64,000 bases of DNA from Phyllobates terribilis (Eukaryota). Below, one piece after another: positions 40,501-52,959 of this stretch. The translations under genes were made by a program, and so were the position numbers. The stretch spans positions 94,302,001 to 94,366,000 of the forward strand of contig NW_027362773.1 in NCBI RefSeq assembly GCF_046119375.1, read 5' to 3'. The first letter of the stretch is position 1. The number at the start of each line of letters is the position of its first letter. Below the pieces are notes generated by a model. The model saw only the letters and a program-made list of their open reading frames with translations. It was not told where the DNA came from and did not search any database.

Positions 40501-43500
40501 GGAACTCCACCCTGACCCAAAATTACAGGAGAACAACTCAGTCCAGACTTTCAATTATAGAGAAAATAACTATAAAAGCAGAAGGGGCCTAATGTGCAGG
40601 GAGACCACCAATCCTCGCACGCCCACAAGCCCAAAATAACAGACAGTGGTATGTGGATAACCTCCGCCCTGGACGGCTCAGCACCAGATGTCACATAGAC
40701 ATCACGAGACGGGAGGACAGCAGATAGGCCACAGGACCATAGAAAACCCCAGTGCTGTCCTACTTAAAAAGGCAGCCCCCATTACTCAAATTTCACTTCT
40801 GGTCCCTATTATAACACATTCTGTATTGTACTTCAATTGTCAATATATAGGTGATGCCATTCACTGTCTATGATGATAATGAGACTGCTGAGAAGGGATC
40901 TCTACTGAACAGGAACTATCAGACTATTATGGAGCTCTGTAGTCAGTGAAAACTGCAAGATTTCAGGATGTTTACAAATAGTAATAAAAAAATGATACCA
41001 GAATTTCCAAAAACATGTTTAACATGAAACAATCTTAATTTTTGAAGACTCTTTCTTTCCCTTTAAAGCACACATGGATTCTGAGTTTTTAGAAAGGGTG
41101 AAAAAGAATATTTAAAAAATGGAAGAAGTAGTATTCACTATAAAGTTAGGCCAAAAGTCAGGACCGGCCCTGGGTCTCTTATCATAGCCATATGTCTGTC
41201 ACGTGCTGGACTACCAAAGCACAAAGCCATATGGCTGTCACATTTGAGTCCGAAGCCCTACGGCCAGTTCTGGTCCGTACAACCAGCCTAAAGTAGCCCA
41301 CTTTAATAACCATAGCAGAGAAACATTACTCCACTCAATTATCGGCTGGCAATTGTCAGTCAGGGGATAGATTAATATATTAACTCAAATTAGATACAAT
41401 GTATCCGTTCTTAAAAGGAGTAGCACACCATATATAATATAAAAAAAAAAAAAAAAATTATATTATATAAGGTGTGCTACTCCTTTAAGAAGGGATACAT
41501 TGTATCTAATGTGAGTTGCAACAGGAACCAATACAAAACCTGAGGATACAACTCAGATACAAAGAGTCAGAGGAAAATGACAGCAAAGTTTCATCTCCAC
41601 AAACTACGGCTCAGAACAAAATCTCCAGTTCTCAGCCTGGAAAACTAAAACTCTGAAAAAGAATCATTACCTTGTGCAATTTTCAGGGACTCCCCAGTAT
41701 GCACACAGTCACGTCATATCTGATCCTAGGAAAGCTGGGTAATCACCAATATGGTTGCTTCACTGATCTTACAGGGAATTTGAGAGTTTTCCCATTAAAC
41801 AAACTACAGCAAACAACTCCCACTGTACGTACTGTTAGTTCTGCGGCAGTCAGGAAGTTATGAAACCTGCCCAGGTGACATCAGTTATCACCGCCCCGGG
41901 GTATATTTACCGGCAGGTGAGGCACGACATGACAACCCTCACTTTCTCCTATTATTACTGCACTGAGCTGCGTCATACAGAGGTTTCCATCGCATCAGTA
42001 CATGGTGCGCCAGGTAAAGTGTAATTAACCAACCCAAATCTGGTCCACCAAAGCAGTAAGAGGGAAGTCATCATCAGGAAATGGCTTATTGTGCTCCATT
42101 TTTTCTTCCACTTTGGCAAATTTTTATTTTCATATCAGGATCTACATTAAAAAAATAGTAATTCTGTAATTTTCAGTGACCACTGGGGTTTTTTATTTAT
42201 TTTTTTTTAACACTTACTTCATGTCCTTTCAGGAAGAGTTTTCAGCACACTCCTTATCATCAGAGGCAGGATTACAATGACAGGTAACACCTCTCTCTAT
42301 ACACAGCTGATAACACAGGCTCCATCAACCAGAATAGGCAATGTCAGAGGTGACCCTGCTTTTCCTTACAACAGCTAGGGTCAGGGTCTGACCATTGTGG
42401 CTATGTACATGTGTTGTTTCCTGAAAAAAGGCCAGTGTGAAAATTACAAGATTACGGATTTTTAGTAGATAATGACATGGAAAAAAAAAGATAGAAATAT
42501 ACACATTTAAAAGGAGTTTTCAGGCTTATCACTAAAGTCTGCAGTCGCTCTATGTGACCGCAGAATTGTGAATTATCACAGTGTGCACTGTCAGGATTCT
42601 CCGATGCTGGTGGCAAGATTGGGTGTCCATGTGAGCCAAGTATGCGATAAACAAAATGTCAAGGCACATTCCATCTAGACGTGTGTGGCCTCTCTCAATT
42701 CACTTGTATTGAGTGAGACCACACACGTCTAGTCAGCCACGGTTACATGATAGCTCGGTCTCGCCACCAGAGAATCCTGACAGCGTGCAATGTGTGCACT
42801 GTGAGGATTTACAAGTCTGCAGTCACATAGGGTGTGCAGCATTAAGCGACTGCTAACCGGCGGTCATGGAATATACTATTTACACAGACTACTCTTCAGA
42901 GCCGCATGATCAGTAATCGATCGTTCAGTGCACACAGGCGGCCATCGCTCTCGGCAGCACAGATCCTATTTACACCAGACGATGTGCTGCCGAGAGTGAT
43001 TATCTTTTGATCAGCAGCCTGTTTAGCCTGCACGATTATCCCGAATGCTCGTACGTGCGCCTTAGAAGGTGGGATCTCTGCAGAGCATTACAGAAGGTGG
43101 GATATATTAGCTGCAGAGCATTACAGAAGCTGCAAAGTGGATGAGATTTTAACGAGGATAACAATGCAAAGGGTGAAGTCTGCTGCAAACCCGCATGGGA
43201 CGATCCCGTTGCGAACTTTGTCACAGTTCAGCAGAGGACTATTATGGTCACGTGTGGACTTGTCTGAGCAGTTCTGCCTCCTGGGATATTATCAAAATGG
43301 TTACACAGTTTCCATTGCCATGTGCGGTTGCTAGTATGAAGGGTTATTCCTAAAATAGCAAATTACCTATCTGATCAGTGGGGTCCAAATCCTGGGGCAT
43401 CCACCGATCAAGAGAATGGGGGTCTAAGACCCTAGAATCATTTTCTATGGGACAATGAATGAAGCAACGGCCCACGTGGGCATTTCTGAGCCCTGTTCTG

Positions 43501-43874
43501 CAACGGTGATCATGGATGACACACTGACGACACCTGTGCGCTGTTTGGATTTTTCACAGCGTGTGTTCTATATGCGAAGACCACGGACAGAATATGTACA
43601 GGAAAAAAGGGACGTCTGAATGAGGCCTTAGGCTCACTCACAAGTCTGTGAATAAAAATGGTGCCGGTGTCATCAGTGTGTTTTTTTTTGTTTGTTTTTT
43701 GCTTTTTACAATCAGTGTTCTTCACGGATGGATAAATAAGTTACCCAGCTTGTCTGATGCTTTGCAATGTTGAGTACGGACAGATCACGGCCTTAGGCCG
43801 CATTCAGACGTCTGTGTTGTACGTCCGTGTTCTATCCATCATTTTCATGTACACATTGTTGTCTATGGTGCTAT

Positions 43875-43960
43875 TCAGGCGGCCACGCCGGACCGTACAG
43901 GCGGCCACGCCGGACCGTACAGGCGGCCACGCCGGACCGTACAGGCGGCCACGCCGGACC
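43875..43960. repeat. 22-bp GC-rich tandem repeat, about 4 copies, inside nested Harbinger-like MITE ends
   Basis: Unit caggcggccacgccggaccgta. Confidence 0.9.
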
Positions 43961-44265
43961 CACTGACCCAAAAAACTAATGACACAGTACCATTTTTTTT
44001 TTTCAGGTAAGTGTTCAAACCCAAGTGTGAATGAGGCCTTATATGAAGTGCTGTATGTACTGGATCTCTGGTGTGGACTCCTTGCACACAACACATAATC
44101 TATGTCTGCTGCAGACACTGCTCCTTGTATAGACACAGGAGGGATCCCGGAGCGGAGGAGACATTCCAGACATGAGTCACCCGGAAACCCCGAGCGTGCG
44201 TCACCCGGGACCGATCACCCCCCAGACCCGAGCAGGGTCCCCGCCGCCCCTTCCCGCAGACTCAC

Positions 44266-44329
44266 CGTCCACAGCCCCAGACATCTCTATCAGCGTCTCC
44301 TCCTCCTTCTTCTTCCCGTTGCGGTTCAT
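44266..44329 (-). CDS. ano5: Anoctamin-5 first coding exon
   Basis: Kozak-like gaaccATG, MNRNGKKKEEETLIEMSGAVD(G), donor ACG|gtgagt, in a CpG-rich region. The ETLIEMS motif resembles recalled fish Ano5 N-termini. Confidence 0.85.
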
Positions 44330-44469
44330 GGTTCCCGGCTTCTCTCAGCTCTATCGCCGGGACAAGAAAGAGAAAGTCTGCGCTGCCACAACACGGGGAG
44401 ACCGACAGCGAGCGGCGGCTATAACCAGGACTGACGGCCTCCAGCACAGCTCCTCCTCCAAGAAACTAC

Positions 44470-45750
44470 CCCCATCCTCCGCCTCCTGAGTATGAGACTA
44501 CTCCCCCCATCCTCCGCCTCCTGAGTATGAGACTACTCCCCCCATCCTCCGCCTCCTGAGTATGAGACTACTCCCCCCTGCCTTCACCTTCTGTATATAT
44601 TAGACTACTCCCCTATCCTTCCCCTCCTATGTGAGACTACTCCCCCCATCCTCCACCTTCTGTATATATTAGACTACCCCCCCATCCTCCACCTTCTGTA
44701 TATATAAGACTACTCCCCCATCCTCCACCTTCTGTATATATTAGACTACTCCCCCGTCCTCCACCTTCTGTATATATTAGACTACTCCCCCGTCCTCCAC
44801 CTTCTGTATATATTAGACTACTCCCCCATCCTCCACCTTCTGTATATATTAGACTACTCCCCCATCCTCCACCTTCTGTATATATTAGACTACTCCCCCC
44901 ATCCTCCACCTTCTGTATATATTAGACTACTCCCCCCATCCTCCACCTTCTGTATATATAAGACTACTCCCCCATCCTCCACCTTCTGTATATATTAGAC
45001 TACTCCCCCCATCCTCCACCTTCTGTATATATTAGACTACTCCCCCGTCCTCCACCTTCTGTATATATTAGACTACTCCCCCGTCCTCCACCTTCTGTAT
45101 ACATTAGACTACTCCCCCGTCCTCCACCTTCTGTATATATTAGACTACTCCCCCGTCCTCCACCTTCTGTATATATTAGACTACTCCCCCATCCTCCACC
45201 TTCTGTATATATTAGACTACTCCCCCATCCTCCACCTTCTGTATATATTAGACTACTCCCCCCATCCTCCACCTTCTGTATATATTAGACTACTCCCCCG
45301 TCCTCCACCTTCTGTATATATTAGACTACTCCCCCATCCTCCACCTTCTGTATATATTAGACTACTCCCCCATCCTCCACCTTCTGTATATATTAGACTA
45401 CTCCCCCCATCCTCCACCTTCTGTATATATTAGACTACTCCCCCCATCCTCCACCTTCTGTATATATTAGACTACCCCCCATCCTCCACCTTCTGTATAT
45501 ATAAGACTACTCCCCCATCCTCCACCTTCTGTATATATTAGACTACTCCCCCCATCCTCTACCTTCTGTATATATTAGACTACTCCCCCGTCCTCCACCT
45601 TCTGTATATATTAGACTACTCCCCCATCCTCCACCTTCTGTATATATTAGACTACTCCCCCATCCTCCACCTTCTGTATATATTAGACTACTCCCCCCAT
45701 CCTCCACCTTCTGTATGTATTAGACTACTCCCCCCATCCTCCACCTTCCT
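44470..45750. repeat. 36-37-bp minisatellite, about 35 copies, directly upstream of ano5 exon 1
   Basis: Unit cccccatcctccaccttctgtatatattagactact with variable C-run; the first three units are a gcctcctgagtatg variant. Confidence 0.97.
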
Positions 45751-45779
45751 TCTGCTCACAGGCAGCATCAATCTGGAGA

Positions 45780-47350
45780 GCTATCATTAGTCAGGTGAGG
45801 CAGCGTCAGTTTGGTGAGCTAGCATCAGTCCAGGGAGGCAGCATCAGTCGAAGGAGGTGGTATCAGTTCGGAGATGCTGCGTCAGTCCGAAGAGGCTGCG
45901 TCAATCCGGAGAGCTAGCGTCAATCCGGTTAGGCAGCGTTAGTCCTTTTAGATAGCGTCAGTCCGATGAGGTAGCATCAGTCCCGTGAGGCGGTGTCAGT
46001 CCGATGAGGTAGCGTCAGTTCGGTGAGGTGGCGTCAGTCCGAGGAGGTGGCATCAGTCCGGTGAGGCGGCGTCAATTCGAGGAGGCGGCGTCAGTCCAAG
46101 GAGGCTTCGTCAGTCCGATGAAGCGGCGTCAGTCCGATGAGGTAGCGTCAGTTCGGTGAGGTGGCGTCAGTTTGAGGAGGCAGCGTCAGTCCGATGAGGT
46201 AGCGTCAGTTCGGTGAGGTGGCGTCAGTCCGAGGAGGCGGCGTCAGTCCGGTGAGGCGGCGTCAGTCCGGTAAGGCAGCGTCAGTCCGGTGAGGCGGCGT
46301 CAGTCCGATGAGGTAGCGTCAGTTCGGTGAGGCGGCGTCAGTCCGATGAGGTAGCGTCAGTTCGGCGAGGTGGCGTCAGTCTGAGGCGGCGTCAGTCCGG
46401 TGAGGTAGCGTCAGTCCGGTGAGGCTGCGTCAGTCCGATGAGGTAGCGTCAGTCCCGTGAGGCGGAATCAGTCTGATGAGGCGGCGTCAGTCCGAGGAGG
46501 CGGCGTCAGTCCGGTGAGGCGGCGTCAGTCCGAGGAGGCGGTGTCAGTCCGGTGAGGCGGCGTCAGTCCGGTGAGGTTGGGTCAGTCCAAGGCGGAGGTG
46601 TCAATCCGGAGAGCTAGCGTCAATCCAGTTAGACAGCGTTAGCCCTTTTAGACAGCGTCAGTCCGATGAGGTAGCGTCAGTCCGATGAGGTAGCGTCAGT
46701 TCGGTGAGGTGGCATCAGTCCGAGGAGGTAGCGTCAGTCCGGTGAGGTAGTGTCAGTCCGGTGAGGCGGCGTCAGTCCGATGAGGTAGCGTCAGTCCCGT
46801 GAGGCTGTGTCAGTCCGATGAGGTAGCGTCAGTTCGGTGAGTTGGCGTCAGTCCGAGGAGGCGGCGTCAGTCCGGTGAGGCGGCGTCAGTCCGAGGAGGT
46901 AGCGTCAGTCCCGTGAGGCGGCGTCAGTCCGATGAGGTAGTATCAGTTCGGTGAGGTGGCGTGAGTCCGAGGAGGCGGCGTCAGTCCGGTGAGGCGGCGT
47001 CAGTCCTGTTAGGTAGCGTCAGTCCGGTGAGGGGCCGTCAGTCTGTTGAGGTGGTGTCAGTCCGGTGAGGTAGCGTCTGTCCGAGGCAGCGGTGTCAGTC
47101 CGGTGAGGTAGCGTCAGTTCCATGAGGTGGCGTCAGTCCAAGGAGGCGGCGTCAGTCCGATGAGGTAGCGTCAGTTCGGTGAGGTGACGTCAGTCTGGTG
47201 AGTTAGCCTCAGTCCGGTGAGGCGGCGTCAGTCCGTTGAGGCGGCGTCAGTCCGGTGAGGTAGCGTCAGTCCGAGGCGGTGGCTTCAGTCCGGTGAGTCG
47301 GCGTCAGTCCGAGGAGGCGGCGTGAGTCCAGTGAAGCGGCATCAGTCCAG
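45780..47350. repeat. 19-bp minisatellite, about 80 copies
   Basis: Unit gcgtcagtccggtgaggcg / gcgtcagtccgatgaggta. Confidence 0.95.
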
Positions 47351-48005
47351 GGAAGTGCCTTTTCCTGCAGAATATTCACCAAACTGGAGTGCACTCACTG
47401 GTGAGAATATGTGCCAGTGGACGGGGGAGTACCCCATAACAGTACTTCCCGCAGAATAGTCCGGCCTCGGATCTTCTCTCAGTGAAACTTGCATTCTCAA
47501 TGGGATCCCCATCTAGGTAGAAATCTCATACACCTGATGTTTCAGCAGTCCTACTATGATGGGGATGTCAATCATGCGTAGGGACAGGGGTGGACATACC
47601 ATTGGTGCAACATGGGCAGCTGCACAGGGGCCCAGGAGATAAGGGGGCCACTTCTTTCTTCAGTGCAGCTGGAATTGTGCATTATAAGGAGCTATTAGAT
47701 TTGCAGAGGGCCCATATAGTGTTCTTCTGCGTCCGCTCTCGCCTAGGGAGGCATAATTAGAAGATCCGAGGCAGTACTAGTCCTTTATTAGTATAAGCGA
47801 CACTGCAAAATAAAAGTTAAAGTGGTATTCCCATCTCCAAGATCCTATCCCAATATATAGTAGGTGTAATAATAGTAATAATAGAAAATACCTCCAATTA
47901 GAAATGTAGTATATTTTGTCTGATTCACTATCTCTCTTTCCTCATGTGCAGGCATCGCAGGACCTTAGGTATCCATGGTTACGTCCACTGATAAAGTCAC
48001 AGTTA

Positions 48006-48910
48006 GGCTATGTGCCCACGATGCAGAAATGCTCCGGATTTTTCCTGAGCGTTTCTGCATCTCCCTGGCAGAAAAAACGCATGCGGATTGTACATGCGGA
48101 TTGTACATGCGGATTGTACATGCGGATTGTACATGCGGATTGTACATGCGTTTTCCAGCCAGGGACATTCGGATGTGAAGCGTTCTTCACATGCATTTCC
48201 GCATGCGGGTTGACAAGCGCTTTCCAAGCGATTTTAGCATCACCTGGAAAGTGCTTGTCAACTTGGTCACACTATATAAATCCATGCAACCGGCATGGAT
48301 TTATATACTGTGAACGAAAGAATGGTAAAAAATAAAAAAACAAATCTATACTTACCCTCTGATGGCCCCCGGTGTCTTGATTACCTCCGTTCTCCCTTGC
48401 CGGCAGTGCTACACAGAAGGACCTGCCGATGTCAGCGTCGCATGACCCGTCAGCGCAGAGTCTTCAGTCCATCGCGAGCTGCCGGCTTGAAAGGACGAGT
48501 GCAGCGGGGGCCATCAGAAGGTAAGTATAATCTTTATTTTTTATTTTGTTCTTTTTTTTACAGGTTCTATGGTACCCGGGTCCGGAGGAGAGTCTCCTCT
48601 TCTCCAAACCAGAGTACCATCCGCACATTGAACGCATGTATTCCGCATGTGCTTATCCAGTGATGCGTAATCCATGTGATCTAATGCATGTCAATGGCGG
48701 CGAAAACACAGCACTTCCGCAAAATAATTGGTAGTGCTGTGGATTTTCCGCAATGATAATCCGCAGCGGAAATTTCCGCAGCATGTGCACAGCACAAGCG
48801 GATTATCATTGGAGAACATGGCAGACCTTCTACCATGCGTTTTTTAAGCGTTTCTGCAGCGTTTTTGCCGCTGAGGAGACGCTTAAAAAACGCATCGTGG
48901 GCACACAGCC
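48006..48910. mobile_element. PIF/Harbinger-like non-autonomous element (905 bp) with internal 14-bp tandem repeat
   Basis: TIR GGCT(A/G)TGTGCCCACGATGC, TTA TSD; (catgcggattgtac)n at about 48080-48150. Confidence 0.9.
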
Positions 48911-49437
48911 TTACCATGGTCACATGAGTAGCACTGAAGGACCGCCCACTTCACAGTGAGGAGTCAGACTCGGGTATGGAGGAGCCACAAAGTCATGTCA
49001 GAAATTAGCCGTTAGTGAGGATGTGAAGACCCCCCGGGCTACTGTGGAGGGGTCTTTAGACTACAGGGAGTGAGAATAAAATAAATTCTGGGATAACTCC
49101 TTTAAAGGCGCTATCCCACAACCAGCCTTTATTAAAGGGGTCGTCCACTACTCTGAGCTTCCTAAATACTAAATCCTCCCTTGTAAAATAAAATACCCCA
49201 TACTCCTTTCCCGTGCCGACGCCGTCCCAGTGACATCACCCAGGTTCGTGTGACAATATACCACGTGAGCGCTGCAGCCAATCAGTGATGGCTAAGGGTC
49301 TGAGATTCGCCTGAAGGCGCAGGCGCTGATTGGCTGCAGGGCTCACGTGGCAGGAGAAATGTCTCAGTAGTTTCGGCGTCGGTACAGAGGGTGAGTATAG
49401 GGTATTCTTATTGTTAAAGGGGGAACATAGCATTTAA

Positions 49438-50400
49438 CCCCTTCACCCCTGGCGATTTTCCATTTTTAGCGTTTTTTTTTTTGCTCCCCTTCTTCCCAGA
49501 CCAATAACGTTTTTATTTTCCATTTACTTTGGCCATGTGAAGACTTGTTTTTTGCAGGATGAGTTGTACTTTTGAACGACACCATTGATTTTATAGCATA
49601 CTGGAAAACGGGGAAAAAAAATCCAAGTGCAGTGAAATTGCTAAAAAAAAGTGCAATTCCACTATTGTTTTTTTTTTTTTTTCTTTAGCATGTTCACTAT
49701 ATGCTAAAACTGACCTGGCACTAGGATTTTCCAGGTCATTACGAGTTTGTAGATACTAAACATATATAGGTTCTTTTTTATTTAAATGGTAAAAAAAAAT
49801 CCAAAGTTGTAAGAAAAAAAATGGTGCCATTTTCCGAGACCCGTAGCGTCTCCATTTTTTGGGATCTGGTGCTGGGTGAGGGCTTATTTTTTGCGTGCCA
49901 AGCTGACGTTTTTATTGATACCATTTTGGGGTACTTGTGATGTTTTGATCGCCCGTTATTTCATTTTATTGCAATGTTGTGGCGACCAAAAAAACTCATT
50001 ACGCCGTTTACCAATCTGATTAATTCTTTTTCCATTTTGATAGATTGGACATTTTTGAACGCAGCAATACCAAATATGTGTATTTTTTTATCGTTTTATT
50101 TTGAAAGGGGCAAAACGGGGGTGATTTCAACTTTTATATATTTTTTAAAAAATTTTTCAATATTTTTTAACACTTTTTTCTACTTTTAACTTGCTTTAAT
50201 ATTCTCCTTAGGAGACTTGAAGCTGCTATCATTCAATCACTTGTGCTACACATAGCAAGGCTTCAGCCCTGTGTAGCAGAAATCTTCATCTCCAAATCAG
50301 CTGTCATGTGCCTGGAAAGATGCAGGCTCAGCGCCAGAGCCCGCATCAAATACAGGGACATGACCTAGGATGTACCTATACATAATAGGTCATGAAGGGG
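49438..50400. mobile_element. piggyBac-like non-autonomous element, copy 1 (963 bp)
   Basis: TTAA|CCCCTT ... AAGGGG|TTAA; reverse-orientation homologue of 57558-58674. Confidence 0.85.
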
Positions 50401-52044
50401 TTAAGAAGGGGCTGTCTGAGTAGTGGACCACCCCTTTAAGAATCTGCTATTACTGGAATTGGGGTCCTGAGCAGTACCACCATTCACATTCCTTTTCACT
50501 GTAGCCAGGAAAAATAAGGGGCTTTGGACCCCCATTCTAGTAACCAGTGAGTCCACTAGCAATGATTTGTGTCCTTTATAGACTAACCCGTTTAAGCTGC
50601 GCTAAAGTACAAGATTGATTTGTTTCATTGGTTGGTGTGAATGACGAGTGAACAGACTTAGAGGGGCAGCTTCCCCCCCTTACAAGACCATAATATTTCA
50701 AAAAATGGCTCAAAATATACATTTAAAAAACTTGTGCAGTTTTATTGCTGAATTATCTGGGTCACGGGCTAATTCCAGCACTGTCTATCACTAAAGATCC
50801 CACCACTGATTGACAACTTTCTGAGTACATTGTGCATAGGCAGAAAACTGTCATCCACTCCATTGGTATCGCTGGCCATAGCGTGTATCGTGGGCATAGT
50901 TGGGACCCCTGCACTGATTAGGATTTTTTCTCTATGGTTGCTTCCATTGGGGGTATGATCCGTTAGTGAGCAGCCAGCACAGCTCCGTTGACAGCACATA
51001 TGTTGGTGATTGCCCACATGTAGAAATAAGCCACCATGGACTATATATAGCCGGAAGTTAATGGCAGGCTGTGCAGCGTAGTCTGTAATTTTCTCAGTAT
51101 GGATTCACCACAATAAAGACAAGTAACAAGATCTACATGGGAGATGATGGGAGTGGTTCTTAGAAGGAACAATCTTATGCTCTACATCTTGTAGCTCAAA
51201 CCTACAATTGTCCCTAAGACCAGAAATGAAGCCTCGACTTATGTCACCCCCAAGAGCAGCAAATGTGGAAAAATGACAGATCTGCGCTGTCGCCCCGCCA
51301 CGTTTACCCCACTAAGATGCTCTATTACTGACGATGTTTATACAGGAAATACCAGCTGCTGCCATTTTTTATTCTTTTTTTTTATTCCCTCCTTCCTTCC
51401 AAGAGCCATAATAACTTTACTTTGTAGCTTCTTTTTTGCAAGTCAATTTTTTTTATTTCACCATTTCCCATATAATGTAACAGAAAATAAAATCAATACA
51501 TAAATTTGTAATAGACGTAACTAAAACAAAACAAAAATTCCAATATTGTTTTTTTTTTTTTTTCATTTTGCAAGATGACATGATCACTTTATTTTGCAGA
51601 TCAGTATGATTACATTGATACCGAATGTATGTTTTTTCTTAAACCGTTTACTAATTAAAAAAAATTTAAAACTTAAAAAGATATATTTATGTCACCATTT
51701 TCTTATGCCAAATTTTTTTTTATTTACTTTTGATAGCTTCTTATTATACTATTTGGGGAACATGACCGACAAAAAAACTTAATTCTGACATTTTTATTTT
51801 TTGGCTTTGGGTGGCGTTTACCATGATGTGGGATAACTTATATAATTGCTTTATTAGTTCAGGCTGTTACTACCAAATATGTTTATTTTCTGTTTAGATT
51901 TTTTACGTGATGAATTTTGGATGGTGGATTAATTTATTTTTTTGATTTTTTTTTTTACATATTTTCAACAATTTTTTTCTAAACAGTTATTTACCCCTTT
52001 TTTTTTAGTTTTGCAAGGCACATTGAACATGTAATTGCTCCTAA

Positions 52045-52247
52045 GGCCACTTCCCCACTATCAGTATTTGGTCAGTATTCGGTCAGTATTTTTTCTCAGG
52101 AGTGGGAGCCAAAACCAGGTGAAGAACAATCTGAGAAAACTTATAATAGAAACAAGTCACCAATTCTGCATTTATCACCCACTCCTGGTTTGGGCTCCAA
52201 CTCCTGGGAAAAAATACTGACCAAATACTGATAGTGGGGCCGTGGCG
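52045..52247. mobile_element. PIF/Harbinger-like MITE, copy 3
   Basis: TAA TSD; same family as 34733-34924. Confidence 0.85.
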
Positions 52248-52959
52248 TAAAGGTAAAAAATGACTAACTGAGGTTTATTCTCTTACTAAAGCTCTCTGCT
52301 GCTTTCCTTGTGCTTTTTTGATAGGCTGCAGTGTTGACATCATGAATACAGTGCATGTTACCGCTGCAGCCAATCACCCATGTATGACTTGCAATTCCAA
52401 CAGAGTTCAATTAAGAGGAACCATTGTGACACCTATAATAGGAAAAACATCCATTCTGAGTTGTGAAACAAAGGTCACAAGACCCCTTAGATAAAAGTCC
52501 CAGAGGTGAGATCTCCACCTGAACCTGCAACTGTATATAAACCTCCTAAATGTGTGTTTACTTGGAATTGCAAAAACAATGAGGCAAGTTATTTGTGCAA
52601 TTTTCACTTCGAAAAGATGTTTTTCAAGCCAAAATAAGCACAAGACAACCATGTGAGAATACCCAAATGTTTGCTGGAAACTTTTATTTGTAATTGTTTT
52701 CTGCCATCTAGTGGACAGTTTATGAAATGCTCCTTTTTGAGCATAGGTTCACTTCAAAGGGTTTTCTGGTGCTACTCAGTTATGCATAGGAAGTGAGCGT
52801 TACAGATGATATCACAGCCCCCCATACCTGGTCCCCCAGCGTTTTAACTTTCCACATCAGGGGCATATATAGAAATAATGCCATTGCAAAAATCTAATTT
52901 GTCCCTCCCACCCCCCCAATAAAAAATAATAATAATTGAAGTCCTAGCAACATAGTATG

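Larger units (their letters stand above)
43860..44470. promoter_or_regulatory. CpG-island-like promoter / 5' UTR / first-exon region of ano5
   Basis: High GC and many CpGs around the first coding exon compared with AT-rich flanks. Confidence 0.65.

Noticed and set aside
41671-41725. 55-nt segment with good minus-strand splice signals (ctttcctag|...AAG|gtaatg)
   Set aside because: Stops in all three frames and no homology; such pseudo-exons are expected by chance in a 25-kb intron. A poison exon cannot be excluded without RNA-seq.
44637-45272. ORFs with EGGGWGSSLIYT repeats
   Set aside because: Translation artefact of the 36-bp minisatellite; the frame breaks with C-run length.
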